Source of the DNA: the human T2T-CHM13v2.0 reference genome, Homo sapiens
Strand: one strand, 5' to 3'
Assembly: GCF_009914755.1 (NCBI RefSeq)
Contig: NC_060935.1
Length of the DNA: 64,000 nt
Shown: piece by piece, positions 61,366 to 64,000 of the stretch
Layout of the letters: the number at the start of each line of letters is the position of its first letter
Position numbering within the stretch: position 1 is the first letter of the stretch
Translations under genes and position numbers: made by a program
Notes under the pieces: generated by a model
What the model was told of the DNA's origin: nothing
What the model saw: only the letters and a program-made list of their open reading frames with translations
Databases searched by the model: none

Positions 61366-62329
61366 TTATTTGAACAGGGGAAGTTTAATATAAAGATGAA
61401 CTCTACTCGGAGCATAGAGTTTAAAAAGAGTTCTACACAACACCCTAGGGATGAGGAAGAATGCCTCAGGGAAGAAAGCACAGAAAAGGAGGTGCCCTCC
61501 CGAGGCTGGGACTGAGACCTCCTCGCTGGAGAAGGTGTGGGAGGCCCCTGAGGGTGAAGTTCCCCGGGTTGCTCGAGCCAGAGTCTGCACAGTCACAGGG
61601 CAAGCAGAAAATTCTTTCGAGAGGGTGGGCGCTCACAGGGAATCGGGAAGCAGAGCCCACCTGCCTACACCTGAAAGGCCACAGCCAGTGCTGGGACCTC
61701 TCTGAGGTCTGCAGACTCCAGGCAGAGCACTCCTGGCAGCTGTGCAGCAGGAGCAGGAAGGAAACGACATGAAAGCCCCTTTCTCCCCAGTGTCCCAGTT
61801 CAACACCGTGCACGCTACCAAGGAGAAACGGCGCACGGGCCCCACCCACGACTGCAGAGCAGGCAGGGGAGGGGGATCTAGAGCTGAAAGGCAATACATG
61901 GATAACGCGCACGCCCCACTCCCACTTTTATTTAGCAAGAGTAAATGCAGCCTAATGACAGGGCGTGGGAAGACCTCCTGCTCACCAGTGTGGGCAGAGT
62001 GTAGCGTGGCCTGGGCTCCTAATACAGGTAAATTGTCTCCAAAGGACTAGTAAAGGTGACTGGGTCATCCTCCTGCCCCAGGGACACTGATTAGAGAAAA
62101 TCCGTCTGTGCTGGCAATACGGCAGTGCTGGACACTCGGAATTCCCTTGAAGGCAAAAGCAAGGAACAGAGCGTGATTAGGTACTGGACACCTGCCAAGT
62201 GCTGGGCTCTCTCCAGTTTACAGATGAGGAAACTGAGGCTCCTCGAGTTGGAGCTGGGATGCCAGCCCCCATGGACCTGGCAGAACACGCTCTTGACAGC
62301 CCCACAGGGCTTCTCCCTAGGGCGTGCCC
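61366..62329 (-). other. DHCR7: DHCR7 3' UTR (distal end approximate)
   Basis: Follows the TAA at 62330-62332. ATTAAA at 61389-61384 and a proximal AATAAA at 61932-61927. Confidence 0.8.
61384..61389 (-). terminator. DHCR7 distal polyadenylation signal (ATTAAA)
   Basis: tttaat on the + strand, about 940 nt after the stop codon. Confidence 0.65.
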
Positions 62330-62980
<651 letters not shown>

Positions 62981-63104
62981 CTCTACCTGCCTTCTACCTG
63001 TCTGTGTGTGTATGTGTGTGTGTATATATACCCCCTATATATATGACATATAGCATAAACATCAAATATGTAACAGTATTAAAAATATAATCTGAATTTA
63101 ATAT

Positions 63105-63800
<696 letters not shown>

Positions 63801-64000
63801 TAGTATAAAAAATGTACATCTCGAGACACACACAGAGGCTAAAGCAAGTAAGAGCTATTATATAGTGGGACCTATTGCTACGTTTTCACATCCTTGGAAA
63901 ATGGAGTTTATAAAACCAGGGAACCAGCAGACCTGCAGCCAGCCAGGTGGAGAAATGGGGCCGGGTGGGCCATGCGGGGGGCTCCAAGGACCTGGTGTGA

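Overview
Human-like genomic DNA, recognisable as chr11q13.4, and rich in Alu, L1, MIR and LTR elements. Two genes lie in tandem on the minus strand. (1) At the right end is the last coding exon (exon 9) and 3' UTR of DHCR7. (2) Across 9.4-34.8 kb is an intron-containing actin-family gene that the ORF track shows only as fragments. I rebuilt it by hand into 8 coding exons (117+129+111+85+162+189+182+144 = 1119 nt, 372 codons plus stop). It has a strong Kozak ATG, canonical GT-AG sites at all seven introns, a 5'-UTR acceptor and an AATAAA. It has no frameshift, and is disabled only by two in-frame nonsense codons. By position and structure this is the unitary pseudogene ACTE1P (actin epsilon 1). 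It is about 48% identical to beta-actin by hand count and has the smooth-muscle-actin intron set. Other notable items: a duplicated ~228-bp module that looks like a promoter/first exon (48.7 and 50.2 kb), 98-bp direct repeats bracketing two minisatellites (one built from CRE motifs), several large VNTRs, and the MIR-derived cryptic acceptor upstream of DHCR7 exon 9. Repeat subfamily names are by eye and their boundaries are approximate.
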